From contig NC_057718.1 in assembly GCF_004010195.1 (NCBI RefSeq), forward strand, positions 41,097,228 through 41,142,520: 45,293 nt of DNA. Direction: 5' to 3'. The notes beneath the pieces are model-generated. The model saw only the letters and a list, made by a program, of their open reading frames with translations, made no database searches and was not told where the DNA came from. Of this stretch, positions 1 to 12,199 are shown piece after piece. A program made the translations under genes and the position numbers. Position 1 is the first letter of the stretch; every line of letters starts with the position of its first letter. This DNA is from Chiloscyllium plagiosum (Eukaryota).

Positions 1-150
1 TTTCTCCCCACCCCCACCCTCCTCTCATTTATCTCTCCACCCTTCAGGCACTCTGCCTGTATTTCTGATGAAGGGTTTTTGCCCGAAACGTCCATTTTCT
101 TGCTCCTCGGATGCTGCCTGAACTGCTGTGCTTTTCCAGCGCCACTCTAC
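1..150 (+). mobile_element. Penelope-like element terminal fragment, family A (cut by window start)
   Basis: Pyrimidine-rich tract followed by CTGATGA-A-GGGT-TTTT-GCCC-GAAA-CGTC (65-92) and ...ggatgctgcctgaactgctgtgcttttccagc; homologous to the copies at 10936-11178, 20305-20568 and 45082-45293. Confidence 0.75.
65..92 (+). ncRNA. Minimal hammerhead-ribozyme core (PLE type); stem I weak
   Basis: CUGAUGA 65-71, extra A, stem II GGGU/GCCC with UUUU loop, GAAA 85-88, palindromic ACGU, GUC triplet. Flanks pair poorly. Confidence 0.5.
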
Positions 151-379
151 TCGTGTAACACCGTTTTGGCTGGGAATCGCTTGCAATACTTTGACTGGAC
201 AATTTCTGATACTTAGTGATATTTTCGAAAACTTGCTGAGAACTGAAAGTAACTACTTTCTGTAAAGTGAAATCATGGATTTCCCTTTGGGACTTCCATT
301 GTTGTAACATGTAACAATAATCAATTCTCCTTGGTCTTGAAAACTTCAATCAGTACAACATCTACAGACTTTTGGCCGT

Positions 380-780
380 GAGGTGCAGATTTCTATCATC
401 TTTCTGTATGAAATGCTTGTTAATTTCACTCCTAAATAGCCAAGTACTAATTTTAAGATTATGGTCTCTTGTTCTGAGTCCCCCGAGAAAGGATTTTTCT
501 CTCTCCCTATCAAATTTGTAGAATCTATTTGTCATTTTAAAAGTTCAGGTAAACTAAAAGCAAAATAACCTAACTTTCGGCAACTTGTTCCCATATTCTT
601 TACACCCTAGTATTATTCTAACGAACCCATGTTATACTCCCTCTCCAAGGCCACTATGTCTTTCCCCTGGATTTGCTGCACAAAACTCAATACAGTACTC
701 AGGTGGTGCAGAGAGCAATATCTGAACAGTTGCTCATACTTTTGTATCCCAGTACCCTGGACATGTCTGATGATTTCTTT
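380..780 (-). mobile_element. Highly degenerate CR1 LINE 3' fragment
   Basis: Resembles the better-preserved minus-strand CR1 at 34256-34970 (ccctctccaaggccactatgtctttcc...caaaactcaatacagtactc). Confidence 0.5.
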
Positions 781-2310
781 CCAACAAGGGCACTGACTCA
801 TCTTTTGGCTGTGAAATCGATGATAGAATTTAATCTTTGTAAATTTCCAGGTAGTCTCTGGTGATGTTAATTACCTCAGTTAGTTAGCCACACATTGTTG
901 TGTTGGATGCAAAATGGACACCCTATTCAGTTGTCTTTCTGAGCTCAATCTATTTCTCATAAACTAAACTCAGAAAATGACTACATGCCCACCAATCCAC
1001 TCACGTGTGTATAAAAGGCCTATTTCTTTATTAACTTCATAAAAAAAAGAGGGATTTGATTTCCTAGACACCCAGATGCTAGCCCATGGTGTCAGGTGTC
1101 TGCTTCCTGAGGATGGGCCATTGTTCATTTGTTCTCAGGCACTCTAATATTTGTCAATTGCTCAGCTACATCCATGTGACAGACTAGTTATTGGAGATCA
1201 CAGTAAGTTATTTCAGTCTTGACTGATGCTATTTCCTTGCAATCCAAGGGCTGAGGCTAAAAATAGACTGAATGATTTGGCGTTGTCATATGAATTTGGA
1301 GCAGATAACTTGTAGTGACTGGAGAGGTCACAGAGATCCATAAAATATAAATGAGGAATGGTTTCCAGAAACATTTTTGAACCTCCTACAATTTGGCCAT
1401 TTACAAAGGTTCAGAACTTAAAACCACAAAAAGTGAAGAAGAAGGCAGTTGAGAAAACAATTCTTTTGCCCGTGGTGAATAAGCCAGAGAAGGAGAGAGA
1501 GAGAGGTAAGCTCAACAACTGGTAGCACATGCTATCAGGCAGCCATAATAGCTCTCTTCCTCTCTCAACAACTGTTCAGGCAGTCTTTAATATCATGGGT
1601 GTTAGGGCACAGTTTCAAATATAAATGTCATCATCATTTAAGAGTGATAGATAGAAACTAACCTAAGCAAAACACATCACGTTGCCAGAATATTTATGTT
1701 TACTAACATTTTTCCTTTAATTATCCATGTTATATTTTATCCCGCTGATTAACTTGCATGCTAACAATTGTTTGCAATTCTAAATTCTACATGCAGCTTC
1801 CTTGGTTTCAGGGTGTTTTGATGCTTGTGGTTAGGATTATACTGATAGAGAATTCAAAGACTATAATTGTACTCATTTCAGTGCAGCTGACATCCTTGTA
1901 ATACTGACTTATATCATCATATCATTTGTGCAATCAATAAATATTGGGTATAACAGATATTGGTGCAGTCCTACTGATTCTGGTATGGGTGGGACCTGTG
2001 ACCCTGGGGCACTTACAACACAATCGCCCATATCATTGTCATGCGATTCTCCCATTCATGTCGAGGCGATGATTCCTCAGTGGAATGGGGTCTCTATTTA
2101 GACCTTGATGCAGTTTGTGACTGAACCATCAGTCAGGGTTTTACTGCTATTGTTGATGCTGTTAGGTGTGTAGCTATGCCAGTTCACATGCATATATCTT
2201 AGTGGCTGTTATAGGCATGAATGATGGCTCTATATGTCAGAATTGCAACATATCTGGATCTTCTACCAAAGCTCCCTTGTTCGGAACAAAAGCAGATTAA
2301 CATCCAATCC

Positions 2311-2488
2311 GAGGTGAAAGAGAGGACTGCAGATGCTGAAGATTAGAGTCGAGAGTGTGGTACTGGAAAAGCACAGCAGGTCAGGCAGCATCAGAGGAGC
2401 AGGAAGGGCTTTTGCCAGAAATGTCAATTTTCCTGCTGCTTGGATGCTGCTTGACTGGCTGTGCTTTTCCAGCACCACATTCTCGACT
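2311..2488. mobile_element. Fold-back (inverted) PLE family A terminal insertion, diverged
   Basis: Left arm 2347-2405 (agtcgagagtgtggtactggaaaagcacagcaggtcaggcagcatc) is the reverse complement of the right arm ending at 2488. The junction falls at the hammerhead stem II (gggcttttgcc). Confidence 0.8.
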
Positions 2489-2614
2489 AACGTCCTACAG
2501 ACTGGTAATCTGTGTTAACCAAATCTTACACATACTATTTGTCAAATAAATCATTTCATTAAAAGGAAATTGGCAATTCCATTAACTGATAAAGCCAATT
2601 ACTTTTTTGCTCTT

Positions 2615-2813
2615 GATGTGTACGAGCCGATGCTGGACTGAGGTGGACAAATCGCACATCACCAGGTTATAGTCCAACAGGTTTATTTGGAAGCACTAGC
2701 TTTCAGAGCGCTGCTCCTGAATCAGGTGGACAACCTCCTGAAGAAGGAGTGTCGTTCCGAAAGCTAGTGCTTCCACATAAACCTGTTGGACTGTAACCTG
2801 GTGTTGTGTGATT
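2615..2813. mobile_element. Fold-back PLE family B terminal insertion with hammerhead motif
   Basis: caccaggttatagtccaacaggtttatttggaagcactagctttc...aatcaggtg is inverted against ...gaaagctagtgcttccacataaacctgttggactgtaacctggtg; centre near 2730. Core CTGAAGA 2738-2744, stem II GGAGT/GTTCC, GAAA-GCTA-GTG. Confidence 0.8.
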
Positions 2814-3236
2814 CTTTGTACTTGTAACATGGGTTGGATGTTACAAGTGCAAAGTCATTCTCTTTAGAAAGAAGAGTGCACCAGTCACGTTTCAATGGCT
2901 AACCAATAAAGTAATCAAAGGACTTGGTAATTATACTGATTACATTCACAATTTGTTTGTTGTTTTGCCAAACCTGGGAAGAGCACTTGTACAGTTTTTA
3001 TTGGGTATGAAAAGCCAATTTGATTATACTTTTGAGTGTGTGAATTTATGAAGGTCAATGTGACTTCTTGAGGTGCACTCAGGTCTGGTGGGTAATGTGG
3101 GGGCACCTGTCCTGACTACAAACTAGCACAGCAGCAGAATTGCAATTCAAGTTGTTGGTGATCTCCAAAGTGTAGTGTAGACTGTGTTATTAATGAGTCA
3201 ACAATGTGCCTTGATGAGCTGCTGAGATTGGTGATT

Positions 3237-3343
3237 AGGAGAAAGTGAGGACTGCAGATGCTGGTGATCAGAGCTGAAAAGTGTGTTGCTGGAAAAGGAG
3301 CAGAAGAATCAACATTTCGGGCATAAGCCCTTCTTCAGGAAAT
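3237..3343 (-). mobile_element. PLE family A terminal fragment with 14-bp TSD
   Basis: ggagaaagtgaggactgcagatgctgg...gcataagcccttcttcaggaa with an internal deletion; flanked by tgagattggtgatt (3223-3236) and tgagattggtggtt (3344-3357). Confidence 0.8.
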
Positions 3344-3364
3344 TGAGATTGGTGGTTGTCCAGT

Positions 3365-3709
3365 ACTGATGTCTAATGGGTATGCAAAGGCTATTAGGCT
3401 GACTTATTAATCCAGAGACCCAACTAATATTTTGGGGACCTGGGTTCAAATCCCAATGTTGAAGATAGAGAGATTTGAATTAAAATCTGGAATTAAGAAT
3501 CTGACGATGACCATGAAACAGTTGTCAAGAAAAAGAAACAGCTGGTTGATTAAAGTGCTTTAGGCAAGGAAAGTGCTATTCTTACATGGTCTGATCTATA
3601 TGTAACTCCAGACCAAATCAACTCTTAACTGCCCTCTGGGCAATTTCGAATAAGCAAGAAATGCTGGTCTAGCCAGCAATGCTCTTGTCTCCTGAGTGAT
3701 TAAAGAAAA
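3365..3709 (+). mobile_element. tRNA-derived SINE, family D (~350 bp), diverged
   Basis: B-box gggttcaaatccc (3441-3453); body homologous to the reverse complement of 4867-5184 and 8287-8778; tail ...aaatgctggtctagccagcaatgc. Confidence 0.75.
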
Positions 3710-4410
3710 CCTTTATGGAAGAAAGTGGTTAGTGCTCATGGGAAGATGCTGAACAAGTGGAGGCATGGAGAAGACGCCAGTGAGCTCTGGTCAATAGGTT
3801 TCTGCTCAAACTTGCATTTTGTGAACAATGGCCATATAGTTTCTCTTTGGGAAAGGAGCAAACTGGATACAAATAAGATAAGATGAGCTAGTAATATGAG
3901 ATGTTAATGAGTATAAAAAAGCCCCTCGCTATGCATTCGCAAGATTGCCATCTAGCTGTTAAAACTTTATGCACAAAATCAAACCTCTTATTCCCAAAAC
4001 CGTGAATGTTATTTTTCCATTATCGCCACATTTTCCCAACTGACTTGTCATTTCCCATGTTGTTCAGAGTCTGGGAAAATTCCACTTACTCGGTCTGTTT
4101 TTCACAGAAGGATAAAGCCACTAATTGTATGAAATTTTTTAATGAGCTGTCACAGCCAGCACTGAGATCCTTTCTGCTACCTTCCAAACTTCCCTTTGTT
4201 CTTCATGCCATCCTCTGAAATGGTATCCATTTGTAGGATGAGGCTGTGCGACACAATTGATGATCTGACATCTGCAAACCTGGAAGGTATAGTGGAAGGT
4301 TGAATGGCATACCCCTGGACCTATTTTCTATTTTTCTGACCAAGCCCCAGTTTGCCAATAGTGTTGATGATCATTACTCTTGTACCTGCATGAATTTCAA
4401 TATATGTTTT

Positions 4411-4745
4411 AAAATCATCATCAGTACAGAAAGAAGCCCTTTGGCCCATTGAGTCTGTACCAATCCTCAGAAGAGCATTCCACCCAGTCCTTTCCCTGTA
4501 ACCCCACTTTTCCCATGGCTAATCCACCTAGCTTGCACAACTCTAGATATTATAGGCAACTGAGCATGGCTGATCCACCTAGCCTGCATATCATCACACT
4601 GTGGGAGGAAACCAGAGCATTCAATGGAAACCTGTGCAGACACAGAGAGAATGTGATTTCACACAGTCACCCGAGGCTGGAATCGAACCCAGCTCGTTGG
4701 CACTGTGAGGCAGTACTGCTAATCACTGAGTCTCCGTGCCATCCC
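4411..4745 (-). mobile_element. HE1-type shark SINE
   Basis: Reverse complement begins gggatggcacggagactcagtgattagcagtactgcctcacagtgcc...gggttcgattccagcctcgggtgactgtgtg; homologous to the copies at 10819, 32403 and 35260. Confidence 0.85.
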
Positions 4746-4772
4746 TTTTAGCTGGTATCCTATTGTAGTAAT

Positions 4773-5315
4773 TGTAATGAGATCAGTGAGATGTACCTCA
4801 TAGAAAATGAGTTCATTGATTGGGACTGTTAACCTGGTCCAATCAGACAATGCTGGCTGACAGCTAGTTTTATACATTCATGGGATGCGGGCATCGCTGG
4901 CTAGACAACGTTTATTGCCCAGACCATAGTTAAGTGTCAACCACATTGCTGTGGGTCTGGAGTCACATGTATGCCAGATAAGGATGGCAGTTTCCTTTCC
5001 TAAAGGACATTAGTGAACCAGATGGGATTTTCTTGACAATTGGCAACGGATTCATGATCATTGTTTGATTCTTAATTTCAGATATTTATTGAATTCAAAT
5101 TCCACCATCGATCATGGTGGGATTCAAGCCCAGGTCTCTGGATTAATAGTCCAGTGATAGTATCATGAGGCTATCACCTCCCCCATATAAATAGGAGTAT
5201 AAGAAGTTCTGTTCACTCTGAAACCTGGCTCTGAGGAAGCTAGAGCGGTGTCAAGGACACGTGTACATAAAAGGTGACTTGGTGACAGGATACCTATCTC
5301 TGTGGAATTATTTCA
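4773..5315 (+). mobile_element. Probable solo LTR (~220 bp) interrupted by a SINE
   Basis: Starts TGTAAT and ends ATTTCA. Contains gattgg/ccaatc boxes, then atataaa directly after the SINE and a degenerate polyA-signal-like acataaaa near the end. No TSD is visible. Confidence 0.5.
4867..5184 (-). mobile_element. tRNA-derived SINE, family D
   Basis: ttttatacattcatgggatgcgggcatcgctggctag...gggattcaagcccagg...ctatcacctccccc; tRNA head on the minus strand; close match to 8287-8778. Confidence 0.85.
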
Positions 5316-6991
5316 CCTAAGATGCTGAAAACATATCAAAATTATGATTCTAAAATGTAGCCTTAATCATCTAGGGACCAATCTACTAGTTGCTCTTGTA
5401 GTGGGTGAAATATGGGTGAGATAGTGAATTGCATTGAAATGGATACATCGTATTTTGGAGCTGGGTTTGCCTTTTTTTAATCTTTTGCTGATAGTCACAA
5501 ATGAGACAAACATTGCGAAAGTTACAATTCCCTTGCATTGTGTTGTGCATTGGATCTGGGCATGAATGAAAGTCCCCTTTGAATACTTAAAGTCCAGATC
5601 CCTTCTGAAATCCCACAGCCCTCTCATATTACTACCACTCACCCATCCAGTGAAAAAGAAAAAAATACAGAGGTCTGGATAAGGCTTCTGTAAAGAAGTT
5701 CAGTCATCAGCTCTGGTCCTAGTCACCCTGAGCAATCATTTAAATCAATGTGCAAATGAGTCAGCTTTAGCTGATGAGTACATCAGGAAATTGCGTAAAG
5801 GATGTTAATATGTCACTCGGGGGTCATTAACATATGAAAACATTCAAGCTGAAAGGTACCAGAAGAGAATACCACTGGTGTCAGGCTTATGGATAAACAT
5901 GTCTGCACTTACTTTCCAATCTAGTTTGTCTAATTTATGTCTATTTTCCGGATCACAGATTAGGCATCCCAGGCTTGCATGTCAACAGATTGCTTCGCTC
6001 TGGGGATATCGCAGCTCAGGCTGAACTCACGCTTACCCAATTACTACAGTTTCCAGCATCAGTTATTGGCTGAAGATCAAAAAGCAGCAATTGAGGCTGA
6101 ATTCTTTTCACCTCCTCAGCCCAGTAGTGTAAGGCTAATTTAGAAGCTCATACCTCTGCTGAAGCTGATGGAAGGATGAGGGGTTAATTGCCAATTTTTC
6201 TTTCCGCATTGAGCAAGTTCATTCAAACCAAGTTCTGTTTGTAATTTGCGCTCGTAGCACATTTCTTCTCTCCAATGCCAACATGGATCAGCTGAGATAT
6301 CCCAAGTTACAAATCAGTATTATATTGATTCAACTGTGCATTTGAAATAAGGCAAACAAATGATGATTGAAAATTTACGTAGCAAAATAAAACAAAGGGA
6401 GAAGCTATATTGTCTTCACCAGGAACTGGGACTTTTATAATCTTTTGCATGAAGCACTAAATGGGATACACCTTCAGCTGATGTATATTCTTACAGTCTG
6501 TTTTTAGTATAAATTATATATCCCGAGAGATCTTGTTATATGGAAATGAACAATGAACAGGGTTACAGGAGGAAGGCTGGAGAATGGCATTAAGTGGAAC
6601 ACTCAGTTTTGCTATGAGGGTGAGTTTGGCAGCCATTTTGCACAAAGCAATGTCCCAAAAATGAAATTAAGGTCTGCTCTTGTGAGGAAAGAATGTTGGA
6701 TAAAACACTGGGAAAATATCCTGCATTTCTTGAATTTTTGGAACTGGAGTTTTGATATGATTAGCACTGAACTCCCACAAATTTCCTCTAAAGACATAAA
6801 TGAAAATCCTCCAGTTGCTACACCTCCACCAGTTCTCTGTTTCCCTGCCCCTTTCAGTATTTTTGAACGTGATATGGGCATTAGTGCAAATGCCTGGTAT
6901 GTTATGGCATCTCATGGAGGACAGACTCCTCCAGTCTCTCACCGCCTACACAGTGCCTAAGGACATGCTGACTGAATCTCCCACATTTTCA

Positions 6992-7130
6992 TAAAAGTAG
7001 AAGACTGTGGATGCTGCAAATCTGAAAGGAAAACAGAACATGTTGTGGAAATGGTCAGCAGGAGTGGCAGCAGTGATAGAGAAAAAAACAGAGTTATCAT
7101 TTTGTGTCAAAATATAACTCTTCTTCAGAA
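6992..7130 (-). mobile_element. Old PLE family C-like terminal fragment
   Basis: gatgctgcaaatctgaaa...cagcaggagtggcagca...agagtta...cttcttcagaac resembles the left arm of 20800-21045; ends just past the CTGAAGA core on the minus strand. Confidence 0.6.
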
Positions 7131-8286
7131 CGGAAAGTATTTTCAGCACACATTTTTTCTATTTTTGTCCCACACATTTGCTGCTGTATTATCCTCTGTG
7201 AGAATGACCATGAAAGGCTCATTATCTGCATAAGACTGAGCAGACAGGAGAGTATTCTGTCATGACAACGAATTAGAACTCACAGTACCATAAACATTTT
7301 AAAAACTTTGATTCCAAAATAGGTTTTCTAAGAGATGACTGCTATACACAAAAAAAAAGTAAATTCAGTCACAGTCTGGCAAAACCTTGTGTGGGACCCA
7401 TAGAATGTCACACCTGTAAAATGTCAGCAAAACTTCAAATTAAGAGAGATATTACAGGAAGAGATAATGAGGGGATGACTATCTTCCCCTCTCAGTAGAA
7501 AGCTCCCTCCTGTAGACATTTTTTTTTGTGTTTTGCCCTTCCAGGGATAAAGAAAAAAAGGTTTAAACTGACTGTAATCTCAGTCTGTGTGTGCTGGTGG
7601 AAGGGGGCATACTCACAAATTGAGTGCATCCTAGTCTGAATTCTAGCAATAATGAAGGTCACAGTCAAATAATCACCCCGTTACTCATTCCTGTTTTGTA
7701 GGCAAACGGACTCCCTCACTCTGAAAATGGAGGCCAACCAGCAAAGACGTTGGCCAGTAGGGGATGGGGCAAGAAGGAGCCTCTTGCTCTGAGTGCTGCC
7801 AGTCAACCATCATCAAAAAAAACAGAACAAAGGGATTTCAACTATCTTCCAGTCACCAAAGCCTCATTCAGTGCACTGGTCAGGGTAGTATTCACTTGGG
7901 GACTATTCTGACTCTATCTCACGCTGAGGTAGTGTACTTGCTGCTGCAAGGAGAGAAGGTGGAGAGTGTGGAGTGTGAGAAATGGATTATGTGGAGAGGG
8001 TGGACGTGAATGTGTGAGAAGGGTTTGAAGAGGTTGATTGCGAGTGTTGTGAGTTCAGATGGGGATGTGAGGACGTGGCTCGGGAGAGAAGAGTGAGTAG
8101 AGCTGCAAGATGTTTAGTCTGCAGGAGAACACTGGGAAAATCAGAATCTGGGGTTGGGCCCCTGAAAGTGGGATCCCACTCACATTTCCCCCCCTCCTGA
8201 GATTCTTGAACCATGTAGTGTACTGTCTTCAAGTGGGACCATTCACACTTCTGCTGGTCCCTTCCTTAATCGCTTCCACTTGCACG

Positions 8287-8778
8287 TTTTTTTTATTCAT
8301 TCACAGGATGAGGGCATTGTTGGCTAGGCCAGTGTTTACCACCCATCACTAATTGCCCAGAGGGCAGTTAGGAGTCAACCACATTGCTGTGGATCTGGAG
8401 TCACATGTAGGCCAGATCAGGTAAGGATGGCAGTTTCCTTCCCTAAAGAACATTAGTGTACCAGATTGGAATTTTCCGACAATTGACAATGGATTCATTG
8501 TCATTATTAGATTCTTTAATTGCAGATATTTATTGAATTCAAATTCCACCCTCTGCTATGGCAGGATTCAAACCTGGTCTCCAGGACATTACCTGGGTCT
8601 CTGGATGAAGGGCTTATGCCCAAAATATTGACTCTCCTGTGTCTCGGATGCTGCCTGACCTACTGTGCTTTTCCAATGCCACACTTTTCTACCCTGACTC
8701 TCCAGTATCTGCAGTCCCCACTTCCTCCTCTCTGGATTAACAGTCCAGCAATAATACCACTAAGCTATTGTCTCTCCC
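8287..8778 (-). mobile_element. tRNA-derived SINE, family D, interrupted by a PLE fragment
   Basis: Full-length match to 4867-5184 once 8607-8737 (insert plus one TSD copy) is removed. Confidence 0.85.
8607..8728 (+). mobile_element. PLE family A terminal fragment with 9-bp TSD
   Basis: gaagggcttatgcccaaaatattgactctcctg...ctccagtatctgcagtccccacttcctcc, flanked by tctctggat (8598-8606 and 8729-8737). Confidence 0.85.
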
Positions 8779-10198
8779 GAGTGTGCTCAGTTTGATTACA
8801 GTCCCTCAGATTCTGCAGCAGGATCCAGAGGGAAGAATTCAAGAATGGGAGTCTGAGGTAGGACAGGGAGAGATATACATATCTAGGCCAGCTTGCCCAT
8901 GTCTCATTCCCATGATTGCTCAGAATAAATGTCACGTTCAACCACTGTGACCCTGTGCCAGAGTACATGTAACTCAGCATCCTTCATGTGGAACATCATC
9001 ACGTCTGCAGTCTATGACTGATCAGGAAGCCCAGGAGCAGGAATGCAAAGTCTGTGGCTGAGATATACTGTCATGGTAAAGCCCTGACTCCTGACTCAGT
9101 GCAATGACAATCCCTTAACCTCACTAAAATCCACTGAGAGCAGGCTGGCTTTATTTCCAAAATATATTTTGGAACATTCTTAGTAAATCTGTTCAAGAGG
9201 CCAGAAATGTATTTGTTCAATGTTAATAATCTTTCAATGAATAGTGTGATGAGTAAAGAGATTAAGACAGTGTTCAAACTTTTCATTACTTGAACTAAGT
9301 CTGAAAATATTTCAGACAAGAAGTTAACATAAATTCTACAGTCAGGGTTAAAAATGACCTGCAGGCCTAGCACTTGCAATGTGCGCCAAAGTTATTTAAG
9401 CATTAGACCAGTAATTGTAATGTGATCATAATTTCGATATTCCTTTATGCAGTTTTTCATTAGGATTGTCAAATTTGTTGCAACTGCAGCTGCAATCAAA
9501 GACTGCTCCACTTTAAAAGAGAGGATGGATTCCAGGCCCAAACAGCTGGGAGTGCCAAGGAGTCTTACTAGTGCAGAGAACCCTGAGGAAACTGGTTTGG
9601 AGGAACTGGGACATCATTCAAGTTGAGCCAGTGTGCAGCAAACAAGACATGAAATGGCCAATCATGTTAATACTTTCTCCTCAGTGCATCAGTCATGGGA
9701 CCAAATGAAAGAAAATAAAGGTTTTCAGCACTGAGGAAGACAGCCAAGGCAGCACACATTAATGGGGCCCATTTAAAACAAGAGGAGGCCTGTAATATGT
9801 ATATACTTGCAGCCCACAATATGCTGCCACATCTGCCATGCAGTCGCAAATCACTGGCCCTGCCTCAGACTTCTTGAACCTAAATATTTGCAGAAGCACT
9901 TCCAACTGGGTGGGTGCCAAAGGCATAAGTTTTCTTTCACTCACATAACTCTGGCATGTTTTCTCATAACATGGTTGTTAGAATCACTTGCATGTTGTCT
10001 GCCCACCCTTTCATATCAGGTATGATGTACTTTTCTTGCTCAACTTGTCTTCATGTTTGTTCTTGATTCCTTCTCGATCGACTTTGTTTCTTACTTGCAA
10101 GTTGAAGTTTATGCGCAACTGTCGTTAAACAATCTGGTATGACAGGCTCACTCGTATCTTGGGTTCATGTCACACTACAGGTGACCCCACTACACTAA

Positions 10199-10213
10199 AC
10201 ACACACACACACA
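10199..10213. repeat. (CA)n microsatellite
   Basis: acacacacacacaca. Confidence 0.7.
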
Positions 10214-10818
10214 TGCATACACACTCTTACAAAATACACATCTGTCATTTGCTTCTCCTTGGACAGATGTCACATCCACCAAATTTCAAATTTGGCAGAA
10301 AAACTCCAAATGCCAACAGGTGACATTTGAGTATTCCAAACATCTCCATTACAACTTTTCTATCCAACCTTACCAGGCTACAACAATACAATTGGTGATA
10401 AAATATTTAATTTAGCTGAAGAGGTTCACCTGTGTAAAAAAGAGAAATTTGGCCCGCAGCCTTTTTAGCTGCTGTCAAGAGTTCACATGGAAAGGCGTAT
10501 TTCCAACAACCTACTGTTCGGTTCAGGGATGACCATTCTGTGCATTGGGTTTATTGGTCTTTCACTTACAGGGCTAAAATACTGTTGGAAGCCTCACATG
10601 CAAGCAGACCTGTTCCAGTGATATTTTTAAACTAATAAAACAAAGCTAATCCTAAACCTTTTCTCACATTTTCTGGTGAACTTATTCATTTCCCATTCAC
10701 AGTAATTTTTATCTCCAGCTAATGAGCAGCCTCACATCATAAAAATGAGCCTTAGAAGTTGAGCATAAGACTTACTTAAATAATAAATTTGAAAAGATCC
10801 AACTCATTTAAACAAAAT

Positions 10819-11414
10819 ACGGTGGCTCAGTGGTTAGCACTGCTGCCTCACAGCACCAGGGTCCCAGGTTTGATTCTGGATTAGTGGTGCTGGAAGAGCA
10901 CAGCAGTTTAGGCAGCATCCAAGGAGCTTCGAAATCCCAGGTCATTTCCTCTGCCCTGAAGCTCTTCAACCATGTCGTGCTATGCTACTTTCTCCCCACC
11001 CCCACCCTCCTCTAGCTTATCTCTCCATGCTTCAGGCTCACTGCCTTTATTCCTGATGCAGGGCTTTTGCCCGAAACGTCAATTTCGAAGCTCCTTGGAT
11101 GCTGCCTGAACTGCTGTGCTCTTCCAGCACCACTAATCCAGAATCTGGTTTCCAGCATCTGCAGTCATTGTTTTTACCTCCCAGGTTTGATTCCAGCTTT
11201 GGGTGACTGTCTGTGTGGAGTTTGTGCATTCTCCCTGTGTCTGTGTGGGTTTCCTCCCACAGTCCAAAGATGTGCAGGTCAGGTGAATTGGTCATGCTAA
11301 ATTTCCCATAGTGTGTTAGGGGCATTAGTCTGAGGGGGGTAGGTTACTCTTCAGAGGGTCAGTGTGGACTGGTTGGGCCAAAGGGCCTGTTTCCATACTG
11401 TAGGTAAACTAATC
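10819..11414 (+). mobile_element. HE1-type shark SINE interrupted by a PLE insertion
   Basis: A-box tggctcagtgg and B-box ggtttgattc; the body resumes at 11194 (cagctttgggtgactgtctgtgtggagtttg) and runs to the tail gggccaaagggcctgtttccatactgtagg. Confidence 0.9.
10877..11178 (+). mobile_element. PLE family A insertion with 5' inverted terminal copy and 15-bp TSD
   Basis: TSD tcccaggtttgattc (10862-10876 and 11179-11193). 10872-10935 is the reverse complement of ~11082-11145. Hammerhead-like ctgatgc-a-gggc-tttt-gccc-gaaa-cgtc at 11053-11080. Confidence 0.9.
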
Positions 11415-12199
11415 AAAATGAAAGTCAGCAGGAAAATATTCTTTATGACCCAATATTCGTATTTACTAAAAGTAAGTGCTTAACAATTGCAACTTTAAAT
11501 CAGCACCAAATTTCTTTTGTTATCCACTCTATCAAAACTCACCCCTAAACTTCAAAATAATTACACTTGCATCTTAAACTGAAGATTCAGTAAAATATTT
11601 CAAAGCCCACATCAGAAAAAAAAGCCCTTTTGCACACACATGGTGGAAAAAATGTACAATTTTAAAATAATGAATCAATTCTCCATGTGAATTAATAGTG
11701 GGCATGTAAGATTAGAATGCAAAATGAAATTTTATATCCACTTACTTTCAAATAAATATAAACTTTTTGTAGAATGAACCTAGATTTAAAAAGCACCTAT
11801 CCACTCCTCACTGTTTTAGTTATAATAAGGCAAAATAGCATTTTCTTAGTAGATTCATCACAAAAACACAGTAATAAAGTCTCAAGCATAAACAATATGC
11901 ATGGATTTTAGTTTGAGACCAATTTAAATAATGAGTAAATCCTATACATGGCACACAAGCTCTGGAAAGATTATCAGCAGGCTTGCAATATGTCTTTCTG
12001 TATCAACTGCAGTTTTAACAAGATTTCACTCTTGTTATACACCAGCTGGAAAAAATAGACTAATTCTTCAGAAGCTCTGTGATTTTGGAAAAGTTGGATT
12101 TAAAGCTAGGTTTTCAAAGCAAGCATTTAGTGATATATTTGTACCAGATAGTATTTCAGTGTGGATTCTGTGTGTTGGTAGATCTGACGGCTGTCACAT

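Noticed and set aside
6553..6960. Longest ORF (135 aa) with overlapping antisense ORFs
   Set aside because: No recognisable domain or clear splice boundaries; the length is compatible with chance.
7680..9900. Possible decayed PIF/Harbinger-type DNA transposon fragments around the SINE at 8287
   Set aside because: Compositional impression only; I could not identify TIRs, a TSD or a transposase motif.
11047..11325. Recurring peptides such as THTDTGRMHKLHTDSHP (similar at 32423 and 35251)
   Set aside because: Translations of HE1 SINE copies.
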